Positions 30,773 through 40,233 of a stretch of 43,522 nt of DNA are shown here, in pieces. Source of the stretch: Promethearchaeota archaeon (GTDB lineage Archaea; Asgardarchaeota; Lokiarchaeia; Sigyniarchaeales; SOKP01); assembly GCA_048938445.1 (NCBI GenBank), contig JBHLME010000022.1:1-43522 (forward strand), read 5' to 3'. The notes beneath the pieces were generated by a model. It ran no database searches and had not been told where the DNA came from. It saw only the letters and a list, made by a program, of their open reading frames with translations. The position numbers and the translations under genes are program-made. Every line of letters starts with the position of its first letter. The stretch's first letter is position 1.

Positions 30773-31549
30773 TTAACCTAAAATCTTTTCTACTAATTTA
30801 TCCATTCCCAACTCGCGCATAATTTCATCTGGGAGTTCAATAATAGGTTTTCCTTCCAAATCATATTCTATTATTTTCTCTACTTCAGGAATTTCTAACC
30901 ACACTGCTAAGTCCAATTCTTTTAATTTTTTTAAAAGAATTTCAATATTGCCTTTTACCTTGTTAATAATTACTCCTAGTTCCGTGTAATTAGTAAACTT
31001 CTTAGCACTTTTTCTAATGGAATCTGCTGTTTCTATGCTTCGCATTGATAGATCTGTAACTATTAAAAGAATATCAATTGAATTAATTACCATCCTATTA
31101 ATTTGTTCAAGCCCGGCTTCACAATCAATTAAAATAAGGTCAAAATCTTTCGATATTGATTCAATTACTTTTCTTAGAAGTAAATTAGATGGACAAAAAC
31201 ATCCTGGTCCTTCAGGTTGGCCAATTGAGAATAAGCAAAACTTTTTACTTTCTGCTAATCCCTCATAAACGTTAAAATCAATGTTTTCTGCGAGAGATTG
31301 AGCATCAATTTTACTTTCAGCAGCATTTTTCACGGCATTTAACCTGATTTCTTCAAGTGATTTATTAGGGTGTAAATTAACCATATTACTTAGATGAGGA
31401 TGGGTAGGGTCAGCATCAATTAGAAGCATTTTATAATTTGAAAAGTCTGAAATAGATCTTGCCAATAAGGAAGTTATAATGGTCTTACCTACACCTCCCT
31501 TTCCAACGATTGCAATTATTAATGGCTTTTTGCTAAGTCTTAAAGTAAT
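30773..31549 (-). CDS. cooC: CooC/AcsF-type nickel-insertion ATPase (MinD superfamily)
   Basis: IDADP, GPGCFCP (CxC), IDCEAGLEQINR. The deviant Walker A IAIVGKGGVGKT lies in frame upstream of the track's TTG (31465), so the gene must start earlier; ATT 31549 is the candidate. Confidence 0.87.
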   Translation of the reverse strand: MTLRLSKKPLIIAIVGKGGVGKTIITSLLARSISDFSNYKMLLIDADPTHPHLSNMVNLHPNKSLEEIRLNAVKNAAESKIDAQSLAENIDFNVYEGLAESKKFCLFSIGQPEGPGCFCPSNLLLRKVIESISKDFDLILIDCEAGLEQINRMVINSIDILLIVTDLSMRSIETADSIRKSAKKFTNYTELGVIINKVKGNIEILLKKLKELDLAVWLEIPEVEKIIEYDLEGKPIIELPDEIMRELGMDKLVEKILG

Positions 31550-31551
31550 CT

Positions 31552-32319
31552 TTAATCATCCTCCATTTTTTTTCTTTCCTCTAATACATCTCTAATTTTA
31601 TCACAAGTTTCGATGTATGGGCAGTCTTCACAGTTCCAGTCGTATTCGCAATCTATACGTTTTTTCCATATTTCTATTTTTTTGCTCCATTTTGAATTAA
31701 TATAATTATATAGTTCTGATGTTAATTCTTTAAAATTATCAATTAAATCTGGTTTTGAACATAACATTATAATTTCTACATCTTGAACCAAGTCTTTAAA
31801 TTGTTGCTTATATAAATATTGTATGGCATTTCCTAAAAACTCGAATGAAAATTTAGGAAGGATATTAGAGTTTATTCGACACCAAAATCGACGAGGGATG
31901 GTACGAATCATGAATCCTTCAATGCTATTAGAAATAAAGCTGAATTGCCTTAAATTATCAAAATCTTCTTCCGTGATTTTCTTACAACCTAATAAGATAA
32001 AAAGTCCAAAATCTACTGAATTTCCTTTAATATCTTTAATTTCAGGACCGATAAGCGTTATTCGTCCATTATTTACGAGACTTTCTTCTTTAGTAGGAAA
32101 GATTAATAAAAAAGATTCCCTATTTACTCCACCTAATTCTAGTAAAGTCTCTTCTTGAAGGATGATTTCCTTATGATTTTCAAGTTGGACATTAAGTTCT
32201 AATTTATTGAAAAAAGATAGAGGGTCATTGCTGATATTATACAATGTGAAATTAGTATTATTGAATTTTTGTTTTTCCAAGAAATCCCTAATTTTTAAGA
32301 TTATATTTTCAATTTGCAC
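31552..32319 (-). CDS. Truncated acetyl-CoA synthase beta (CdhC/AcsB)-like domain protein with Cys-rich tail
   Basis: ELGG...SF, GRITLIGPEI, FGLFILL and IEGFMIR...WCRI resemble the CdhC N-terminal region. C-terminal CEYDWNCEDCPYIETC; 2 nt from the proposed cooC start. Confidence 0.65.
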   Translation of the reverse strand: MQIENIILKIRDFLEKQKFNNTNFTLYNISNDPLSFFNKLELNVQLENHKEIILQEETLLELGGVNRESFLLIFPTKEESLVNNGRITLIGPEIKDIKGNSVDFGLFILLGCKKITEEDFDNLRQFSFISNSIEGFMIRTIPRRFWCRINSNILPKFSFEFLGNAIQYLYKQQFKDLVQDVEIIMLCSKPDLIDNFKELTSELYNYINSKWSKKIEIWKKRIDCEYDWNCEDCPYIETCDKIRDVLEERKKMEDD

Positions 32320-32635
32320 TATAGTTATTATATTTTATTTTGAAATATTAAATTTAATTTTTTAATCTATAACAAAAAAATTTTGCTTCAGATTATTATT
32401 ATTTCATTTGGTAATGCTATCATCGTTAAAAAAAACTGAAAAATTCATTTAATTGATTAATATTTATTAAGAGAATTTCAATGGTAGCTTGTATACTTGT
32501 GTAAATCTCTCTAATGCTCCTTAACATTATTGTATAGAAATTATTAGTACTATTATTAAAACTATTTATATTATGTCGACAAAATATGATTAATAATTTT
32601 AAATTAGAAAAAAAATAAAAATGTGAATACTTTTT

Positions 32636-33058
32636 ATGCCAGAAATAAAGATTTCACCTCCAAGAGATTTAATCTCTATAGCATTAGAAAATATTTTGAG
32701 TTATAGAAAAGATGATAAGTTTTATGCCTTAATAAAAGATTGGAATAAAACAATTGTTATTAATGTTAAAGAATTTTATCCTGTTACTGTGATATTTCAA
32801 GAAGATACGATAAATTTTAAAATTGGTGATACTAAGAAAGCAGATTTTAAAGTTACTATGGGAGTTCACACCATGTTAGATTTAGCGTACGGTAGAACAG
32901 GTCCAATTAGAGCTGTTCTTTCAAGAAAACTTAAAATTAAAGGTCTTCTAAAATTAGGAATATTATTGAAATTTCAAAATATACTCTTAAAGTCAATGAA
33001 AATGGTAGTTGCTGAACCTAATATTAATTATTTTGAATTAGAAAAAACTACTAAATAG
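32636..33058 (+). CDS. SCP2 (sterol carrier protein 2) lipid-binding domain protein
   Basis: KADFKVTM...LDLAYGRTGPIRAVLSRKLKIKG. Confidence 0.8.
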   Translation: MPEIKISPPRDLISIALENILSYRKDDKFYALIKDWNKTIVINVKEFYPVTVIFQEDTINFKIGDTKKADFKVTMGVHTMLDLAYGRTGPIRAVLSRKLKIKGLLKLGILLKFQNILLKSMKMVVAEPNINYFELEKTTK

Positions 33059-33071
33059 GAGGATAAAATAA

Positions 33072-34553
33072 ATGACAGTTATAAACGAAAGAAATATATT
33101 TCAAAAGGTTAGTAAGGAAGAAGTAAAACAAAAATTAATCAAAATCTTTGGGGAAAATAGTGTTACTGATAAAACTGTTGACAGGTATCCTTATTCTTAT
33201 GATATGACAGAATGTGCACCAAAAATGCCTGATTTCATAGTAATCCCGGAAAATTCTGGTCAGTTGATTGAACTCGTAAAATATTGTAATTCTAATCTCA
33301 TTCCAATTGTTCCTTATATTACAGGAAATAATGTTGGGGGACTTACAATCCCAGAACAAGGAGGAATCATTGTTGATTTTGGAAAAAAGATGAATAAAAT
33401 ACTTCACGTGAATGATGAAATGATGTATGCTATTCTGGAGCCGGGTGTTACTTTTGGTCAATTAAAAAAATACCTCGATGATAATTATCCTCATCTTAGA
33501 TATAGTTATCCTTATGCACCACCCTATGCCGGTGTTGTAGGCAATGTACTTCTCAGTGGCATGAATAATATGTCAAATAAAATTGGTTCAATGGGAGATT
33601 CTGTAAATGGATTGGAAGTCATAACAGCGGAAGGAGAATTAGTAAGGATTGGATCTTGTTTTTATGGTAAGGATGATGCAGATCAAGATAGTTGGTGGTC
33701 AAGATATCCCATGCCTGATTTAATGGGATTATTTATTAATTGGCAAGGAATGACAGGATTAGTAACAAAATGTGCTGTACAATTATGGCCAAAAAATCCA
33801 TATGAGGCAGCATATGTTGCGATTGCTCATGAGGCTTCTGATCTTGTAAATATTCTAAGAGAAGTTGGACGGACAGAAACAGTTGAGGACATGTCTGTAT
33901 TTTCTGCGCAAGCTATAAAATTAGTTGTAAATATTGAGCACCCGAAAAGATTACCAGAGGAACCAGGATATTCTGTGGTAATGTCAATGTCTGCAAAAAC
34001 AGAGGATTTAATGAAAGCAAAGATTAAATTAATGAAAGAAACTATTGAAAAATTGAAAAAAGATGGAAATAGAATCATACTTTTAGACTTCAATGAATTT
34101 GCCAAAATATTTAATTTGAGAGTGAGATGCGCTTATGATCTCCCTTCAGTTATTCTTCCAACTGTTTTAAAGTCTGGTCTAACTTGGTTTGGTAGCTATG
34201 CTCCAACTCATAGACTTGAAAAACTTTATGAGGGAGTTGCAGATATATTTGAAAAACATAATTTTGAAAGCCCCATACTTTATGGAAAAATAATGAAAGC
34301 TAGCCATTACGGAATTTTTAGACCAATTTTACCTTATAATAAATTCAAGGATGAGGAGGAAACTCATCAAATCATGGAGGAAATTGCGGATCTTGCCATT
34401 GGAGAAGGTTGTATCCCCTATAAAACACCAACTTGGTTAACTGCTAAAATGCGGAAGAAAATAAACCCTGGTTGGATAAAGTTATTTGAAAAGATTAAAC
34501 TTTGCATGGATCCTAATAATATTTTTAATCCAGGAAGGTGGAATATAGAATGA
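33072..34553 (+). CDS. FAD-binding oxidoreductase, VAO/PCMH/GlcD superfamily
   Basis: YSYD, PDFIVIP, GNNVGGL, MNKIL, EPGVTF, GLEV, GLVTK, DPNNIFNPG. SD GGAGG upstream. Confidence 0.9.
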   Translation: MTVINERNIFQKVSKEEVKQKLIKIFGENSVTDKTVDRYPYSYDMTECAPKMPDFIVIPENSGQLIELVKYCNSNLIPIVPYITGNNVGGLTIPEQGGIIVDFGKKMNKILHVNDEMMYAILEPGVTFGQLKKYLDDNYPHLRYSYPYAPPYAGVVGNVLLSGMNNMSNKIGSMGDSVNGLEVITAEGELVRIGSCFYGKDDADQDSWWSRYPMPDLMGLFINWQGMTGLVTKCAVQLWPKNPYEAAYVAIAHEASDLVNILREVGRTETVEDMSVFSAQAIKLVVNIEHPKRLPEEPGYSVVMSMSAKTEDLMKAKIKLMKETIEKLKKDGNRIILLDFNEFAKIFNLRVRCAYDLPSVILPTVLKSGLTWFGSYAPTHRLEKLYEGVADIFEKHNFESPILYGKIMKASHYGIFRPILPYNKFKDEEETHQIMEEIADLAIGEGCIPYKTPTWLTAKMRKKINPGWIKLFEKIKLCMDPNNIFNPGRWNIE

Positions 34554-35749
34554 CTGAAATTAAAATACCTAATGATTTAGCAGGAAAAGACTTTTTACAG
34601 ATGGCTCTTGATAACTGTATTAAGTGTAGTACATGCAAATATGGATTTAAAAATTTTGAATCTTCATGTCCATCGGGGGAAAAATTTCTTTTTGAATCCT
34701 ATTGGGCGTCAGGGAGGATTAGGATAGTAAGAGGTTTGTTGAATGGAGATTTAGAATGGAATGATGATTTAAAAGATCCTATCTTTGCTTGTACGACTTG
34801 TGGAAATTGTATAGATAGTTGTCAAGCACCTCATGCTGATTATATCGTAGATATAATTGAATCTTTACGAGAACTAGCAGTTAAACATATAGGTCCGGGA
34901 AATAACCAAGAAAAATTAGTTCAGTTAGCGTGTAATCCAGAGATGTATAATCCATATGGGGAGATGAATTCTACAAATGAAGAGTTAAAGAGAGAATATA
35001 AACTACCTGATAATGCAGAATGGGTATACTTCATAGGTTGCACTTCAAATTACCGTCAACAACAGATTAGAGATGCTACCTTAAAATTGATGAAAAAAGC
35101 GGGAATAGACTTTACCTTAATTGATGAACATTGTTGTTCAAGCCCCATGTTAAGAACGGGTCAAAATAACGTTGTTAATGATTTCATGAAATATAATATC
35201 GAGAAAATAAAAAATGTGGGTGCTACAAAAGTCTTTACTTCTTGTGCTGGTTGTTATAGAACTTTATTAAAGGACTATGAAAAATTTGGAGCAAAATTGG
35301 ATTTTGAAGTATTTCATACAACTGAAGTAATTAAAAGAATGTTAGATGATGGTAAAATTAAAATTAAATCAAAATATAACAAAACAGTGACGTATCATGA
35401 CCCTTGCCATCTTGGTAGGCATATGGGCGTCTATGAAATTCCGCGGGAGATCTACAAGCAAATTCCTGGAATTAATTTCGTAGAAATGGGAAGAAATAGG
35501 AATCATGCATGGTGTTGTGGTGCGGGGGGTGGTGTTAAGATTGCTTATCCAGATTGGTCCGTTGATATATCAAAAGAAAGATTAAAAGAAGCCAGAGAAA
35601 CAGGAGCTAAAGTAATTTCATCAACTTGTCCATTTTGTAAGACGAATTTATCTGATGCAAATGAAAAATTTGATATGGGTTTTGAAGTTGTTGATTTAAT
35701 TGAACTTTTATCCCAACTAGATATCGAAGTAGTGGAGAATGATTCTTAA
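34550..35749 (+). CDS. Fe-S/CCG-domain oxidoreductase subunit (GlcF/HdrD-like)
   Basis: CIKCSTC...CP, CTTCGNCIDSC, then two CCG domains (GCT, CCSSP, CAGC; HDPCHL, CCGAGGG, CPFC). ATGA overlap with the upstream gene. Confidence 0.9.
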   Translation: MTEIKIPNDLAGKDFLQMALDNCIKCSTCKYGFKNFESSCPSGEKFLFESYWASGRIRIVRGLLNGDLEWNDDLKDPIFACTTCGNCIDSCQAPHADYIVDIIESLRELAVKHIGPGNNQEKLVQLACNPEMYNPYGEMNSTNEELKREYKLPDNAEWVYFIGCTSNYRQQQIRDATLKLMKKAGIDFTLIDEHCCSSPMLRTGQNNVVNDFMKYNIEKIKNVGATKVFTSCAGCYRTLLKDYEKFGAKLDFEVFHTTEVIKRMLDDGKIKIKSKYNKTVTYHDPCHLGRHMGVYEIPREIYKQIPGINFVEMGRNRNHAWCCGAGGGVKIAYPDWSVDISKERLKEARETGAKVISSTCPFCKTNLSDANEKFDMGFEVVDLIELLSQLDIEVVENDS

Positions 35750-35800
35750 TTATTTGTTTTTTAATTTTTTTAAATCAAAACATATTAAATGGTGATTTAA

Positions 35801-36280
35801 ATAAAAGTATCTAAAGATTCTAACGCAATTGAAAGAAATACAAGGGCAAAAGAATTATTAACGGAAACAATGTTGCTTCAAATTACTCGATCAGCAGAAA
35901 TGTTGATAGATTTATTTGGATTTGATAAAGCATTTAAGAGGATTAAGGCCAAACGGGAAGGAAAACAAGTTGAAATGTACTTTCCAAGTCTAGATGGGTC
36001 AATTACTCTTCCACTCGTATCAAAAATTGAAAATTTTAAACCAATATACGGAAAAACGAATAATCCTGTTACAAAAATCATATTTAATGTTAAGGCTGAT
36101 AATGTGCTCAAAACTATTAGTGAAATTTTAGCTTTAAAAGACAATCTTTTTGGTTTAATGAAAATAGTTCCAAAATTAATAACAGGGAAACTTAAAATTA
36201 AGGGTTCGTTAATCTCAGCGATATTGATGGTGAGATGTCTAATGATGGGAAAGCATGAAATGTACAAGGGGCAATTATGA
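35801..36280 (+). CDS. Divergent SCP2-like protein
   Basis: NPVTKIIF...PKLITGKLKIKGSL resembles the SCP2 C-terminus and the 32636 protein. The frame is open from ATA 35801, just after SD GGTGA; the track start is ATG 35870. Confidence 0.65.
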   Translation: MKVSKDSNAIERNTRAKELLTETMLLQITRSAEMLIDLFGFDKAFKRIKAKREGKQVEMYFPSLDGSITLPLVSKIENFKPIYGKTNNPVTKIIFNVKADNVLKTISEILALKDNLFGLMKIVPKLITGKLKIKGSLISAILMVRCLMMGKHEMYKGQL

Positions 36281-36292
36281 GGTTTTTTTAAA

Positions 36293-37444
36293 ATGAGTCT
36301 AGAAAATGATAAATTTTTCCAAATTTCAAATTCAATACTCAATCCCTACATTGAGGAGTGGAAGAAAGATAACAAAAAAGTAATGGGTTATTATTGTACC
36401 TATCTCCCTGAAGAATTGATACATGCCGCAGGTTTTCTTCCATTTCGAATAAGAGCAACTGGTAGTCAAGACACGGATCTTGGTGATGTTTACATGGTAA
36501 GATTCACTTGTAGTTTCGTGAGGATGACTCTTAATGTGGCTCTAAATGGTGGATTTGATTTTTTGGATGGTTTAATAATGTCTAATTGTTGCGATCACGC
36601 AAGAAGAATGCATGAAGTCTTTGATTTGAAAGTCTTTAGTAGAAAAGAATTTAAACAGAAACCATCTCAATTTTATACTGTCATACCTCATGTAATTACT
36701 GAAGCAGGTTTTGATTATTTTAAAAATAAAATCCTCAAATTAAAGGAAGAAATAGAGAAAAAATATAATTTGGAACCTATTTCAGATGAAAAACTTAATT
36801 TAGCTATTGAAATTTATAATGAAAATAGAAAATTGTTAAGAGAAATTTATGAACTAAGAACTATCGATTCTCCTAAACTTACTGGGAGTGAAGCTTTACA
36901 AATTTCTATGGCAAATTCTTCTATTCCAAAAGAAATTGCGAATAACGAATTAAAGAGAGTTCTTAATATTTTAAGAGAACGAGAGGGTCTTAAATCAAAT
37001 AAAAAACGTATAATGTTAATTGGGAGTGTACTTGACAATACATACTTTACAAAAACGATTGAAAATGCAGGTGGTGAAATCGTTGCGGATTTCATATGCT
37101 TTGGAACAAGAAATATCTTTGATGATATAGAATTAAAAGGCGGAAGTAATCCAATGGAAGAAATCACGAAACGTGTTTATTACCGAATTTCTTGCCCTAG
37201 GATGATGGATGATCATCCTAGAAGATTGAAGTTTATTGAAGAACGAATAAAAGAAGCAAAAGTTGATGGTGTAATTGTTCAGAGGATAAACAATTGTGAT
37301 CTTCATGGATGTGAAAACATGAATTTACAATACGATTTAAAAGAACTCGACATACCTGTTTTTAATATAGATAGAGAAAACTTCCAAAAAGATACTAGTC
37401 GAATGCAAAATAGAATTGAAGCTTTTATAGAAATGATGAAGTGA
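36293..37444 (+). CDS. 2-hydroxyacyl-CoA dehydratase family subunit (HgdB/FldC/BcrC-like)
   Basis: GYYCTYLPEELIHAAG-LPFRI, CSFVR, NCCDH, CPRM, VDGVI...CD, RIEAFIEM. Confidence 0.9.
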   Translation: MSLENDKFFQISNSILNPYIEEWKKDNKKVMGYYCTYLPEELIHAAGFLPFRIRATGSQDTDLGDVYMVRFTCSFVRMTLNVALNGGFDFLDGLIMSNCCDHARRMHEVFDLKVFSRKEFKQKPSQFYTVIPHVITEAGFDYFKNKILKLKEEIEKKYNLEPISDEKLNLAIEIYNENRKLLREIYELRTIDSPKLTGSEALQISMANSSIPKEIANNELKRVLNILREREGLKSNKKRIMLIGSVLDNTYFTKTIENAGGEIVADFICFGTRNIFDDIELKGGSNPMEEITKRVYYRISCPRMMDDHPRRLKFIEERIKEAKVDGVIVQRINNCDLHGCENMNLQYDLKELDIPVFNIDRENFQKDTSRMQNRIEAFIEMMK

Positions 37445-38745
37445 GAAATGAAATTATGGTGAATAAGATCGAGTTAGAAAATAGAATTATACCCTATAAG
37501 ATGTTGTTAAGATCAACATCTACAATGTTGGAACTTGCAGATAGGATCCTTTCAGATACTGCAATGCCCTCTTTAATATCCGGACTAAAAGGATTAGAAA
37601 CTACTTTACAGGATGTTATCGAACGAGCCGGAGAAGGTCTTCCTATAGTAGGTTATCATTTTGCCCTTCCATCAGAGTATCTTACTGCTTTTGACTGTGT
37701 TCCTATTTGTATTGAATCAGTTTCATTCATGTTGGCCTCAATGCTCCCTGAAGGAGGAATACATAAATATTTTGATATGATAACTAACTATGGCCACCCT
37801 TATCATAGTTGTTCGGCACAAAAGGGAATTATGGGCATGACGCTTGATGATTTAATCCAGTTTGACGCAATTATTACACCTACGGCCCCTTGTGATAACA
37901 CTTGTGCTTCATATCCTTTCTTTGAATTACAAAAAAAATTTCCTGTTGTTGTAATAGACATGCCTTTTATGCATGATGAAGAAAGTTTTAGATATTGCGG
38001 TGATGAAGTAAGACGTGGTTTAGAAGAATTAGGAGGAATACTTAAACAAGATCCCGATTATGAAAAAATGAAACAATATATCAGAATAGAAAATAAAGTA
38101 AATAATGCAATGATGGAAATTTTTGAATTAAAAAAAGCTATTCCTTGTCCTGTTGATAACATGAGTAATGCTCTCAGTGCGGCGGCTCAAATATTTATGG
38201 CAGGAAGACAAGAAAAGATAGATTTTTACAATGATGTTTTAGAGAGTTCCAAAAAGAGATTAAAAGAGGGAATCCATCATGGTGGTGAAGAAAAGATACG
38301 AAGTATATGGCCTTACATGCTTACTTTTTTTTCATTAGACATGTGCGAATGGTTTGATAGGCATCTTGGAATGAGTATTTTATTTGATGTGTTTAATTAT
38401 AATTTTACAGAATCAATTGAACTTTCTAATGAGGATAAAATGTTTTATGGCATGGGTAAAAAAATCATGCAATTTCCAATGACAAGACAATCCTCACAAT
38501 TTTATTATCCTTTTCTTGAAGAGTGCGTTCAATATGCTAAAGAATTCAGCGCTGATTGCTTCATTTATACTAGCTCTATCGCTTGTAAACAATTTGGTTC
38601 AATACCACAAATCTTAAGAGAAGCTTTAAAGGAAGAAGTGGGAATTCCAATGCTTATAATTGATTTAGATGTTGCCGATCCTAGGATTACTAATGCCATG
38701 AAAGTAAAGGAGAAAATATTGACATTCACTCAAACGTTATTATAA
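37441..38745 (+). CDS. 2-hydroxyacyl-CoA dehydratase family subunit (HgdA/FldB/BcrB-like)
   Basis: CIES, SCSAQKG, APCD, IDMPF, ACKQ, GIPMLIIDLDVADPR. GTGA overlap with the upstream gene; alternative ATG at 37456. Confidence 0.88.
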   Translation: MRNEIMVNKIELENRIIPYKMLLRSTSTMLELADRILSDTAMPSLISGLKGLETTLQDVIERAGEGLPIVGYHFALPSEYLTAFDCVPICIESVSFMLASMLPEGGIHKYFDMITNYGHPYHSCSAQKGIMGMTLDDLIQFDAIITPTAPCDNTCASYPFFELQKKFPVVVIDMPFMHDEESFRYCGDEVRRGLEELGGILKQDPDYEKMKQYIRIENKVNNAMMEIFELKKAIPCPVDNMSNALSAAAQIFMAGRQEKIDFYNDVLESSKKRLKEGIHHGGEEKIRSIWPYMLTFFSLDMCEWFDRHLGMSILFDVFNYNFTESIELSNEDKMFYGMGKKIMQFPMTRQSSQFYYPFLEECVQYAKEFSADCFIYTSSIACKQFGSIPQILREALKEEVGIPMLIIDLDVADPRITNAMKVKEKILTFTQTLL

Positions 38746-38765
38746 AATAGAGTTTAAGTTTTTCT

Positions 38766-39869
38766 CTAATGTTTTAATAAAACATCTAGAAATTCATCAA
38801 CAACTTCTACAGTTAGATCTTTTCTTCCAGATTTAGGAAAACTTTTACCAAGCAAATGAATATCAATTTCCATTACATCAAGACCAATTAATTCGCATTT
38901 TTTTAGCATTATGAATTTCTTTAATATTTTAACAATATTTAATATCTCACTTTTTGCCATTCCAATGGCGTTTCTAAACCGAGCAGCTATAATGTCTTTT
39001 AATCCACCAACATCTACATCTAAAGAAATGTAAATGTAAGGATTATCTACAGTGTCTAATTTAGCTTTTAATTTTTCTTGCATTTCAACGCTTTCCATTT
39101 TTCTAATGAATGTAACTCCATTTTCCTCCATTAAATTAAAATAATTAACATATTTTTTAATTCTGGGATCTTCAATTGTTCTTATTTTTTGATTGGGATA
39201 ATCTTGATTGCCTAAAATTATCAAGTTTTCGGGTAAAATAATATTTTCTTCTAATAAATAATAAAGAAATGAAGCGCACGTGTAGGTATCTTTAATATTA
39301 AAATTGTCATTTGTTGATATCAATTGTTCGGAAACTAATGAATTAAAATCATCTGGATGGTCTTTTAAATAGTTAGCAATGTTTAATGAGATTCTTGCAG
39401 GAATTCCATCAAAATGGGCATCTAAAACAACAATTAATATATTTTGGGCACCATATTTCTTAGATAATGCGGAAAGAACCCCACCTGTTAGAGAGTGGTC
39501 TACACCTATCATTAAAGGTATTCCTGGAAATATGGTTGCTTTTACATATTCTGCTAATTTATTCGAATATTTTTTTATTGTACCATCATAAGTTGCTTTT
39601 TGAAAATCAACTTGGTTAATTTTTGAATAATCTTCTAAAGTTGGTTTAGGAGTTAGCCATGAGTCAATAAAAAACTTACCACTTTTAATATATTTATCAT
39701 TACTCAAAATATTAGAATGGAATAGCATTCCATCATATGGATCCAGCAAATCTTGTTCTTCAATTAATTCATTATGTAAACGATGTAAATAGGCTTGTTT
39801 CATTTGGATATTTAATGGAAAATCAGATGCGTCTAACGCAGCCCCAAATATTATAATTTCTTTATCCAT
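38766..39869 (-). CDS. Ureohydrolase (arginase/agmatinase) family protein
   Basis: GVDHS, DAHFD, SLDVD and DVME metal-binding motifs. Confidence 0.85.
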   Translation of the reverse strand: MDKEIIIFGAALDASDFPLNIQMKQAYLHRLHNELIEEQDLLDPYDGMLFHSNILSNDKYIKSGKFFIDSWLTPKPTLEDYSKINQVDFQKATYDGTIKKYSNKLAEYVKATIFPGIPLMIGVDHSLTGGVLSALSKKYGAQNILIVVLDAHFDGIPARISLNIANYLKDHPDDFNSLVSEQLISTNDNFNIKDTYTCASFLYYLLEENIILPENLIILGNQDYPNQKIRTIEDPRIKKYVNYFNLMEENGVTFIRKMESVEMQEKLKAKLDTVDNPYIYISLDVDVGGLKDIIAARFRNAIGMAKSEILNIVKILKKFIMLKKCELIGLDVMEIDIHLLGKSFPKSGRKDLTVEVVDEFLDVLLKH

Positions 39870-40093
39870 GTAATTTTATTATTGATGATGAAATGATTGA
39901 GAATTATAATTTTTACATTGATTAAATCTTTATTATTAAGATTTTGTAGAGATCATTTCATTTTTTTAAAAAGAAGTTTCGATTCTTAATTATTTGAAAC
40001 AATTTTACACAATACATATCTTAAAGAATGAAATAATAAGAATTCAATATTTTTTTTTATATTTATAAAAATATAAAAACATAATTTGTTATT

Positions 40094-40199
40094 TTTTGTG
40101 TACAAAAGCGGATTTTTTTATACAAAATCAATAAGTTTATATACAAGCTTTATTATTTGTTATAATAGGGGAGTGTTATATATTAAATTATGTACAAAA
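40094..40199. promoter_or_regulatory. Four imperfect palindromic 14-mers, candidate transcription-factor operator array
   Basis: ttttgtgtacaaaa (40094), ttttttatacaaaa (40114), gtttatatacaagc (40135) and aattatgtacaaaa (40186), all in a divergent intergenic region. Confidence 0.45.
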
Positions 40200-40233
40200 A
40201 AAGTAGTTGAATTTTATAAAGAGGGGTTAATAA

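Noticed and set aside
36293-38745. Calling these genes benzoyl-CoA reductase bcrBC
   Set aside because: They belong to the same family, but no bcrAD or ring-cleavage genes are adjacent; specificity cannot be read from the sequence.
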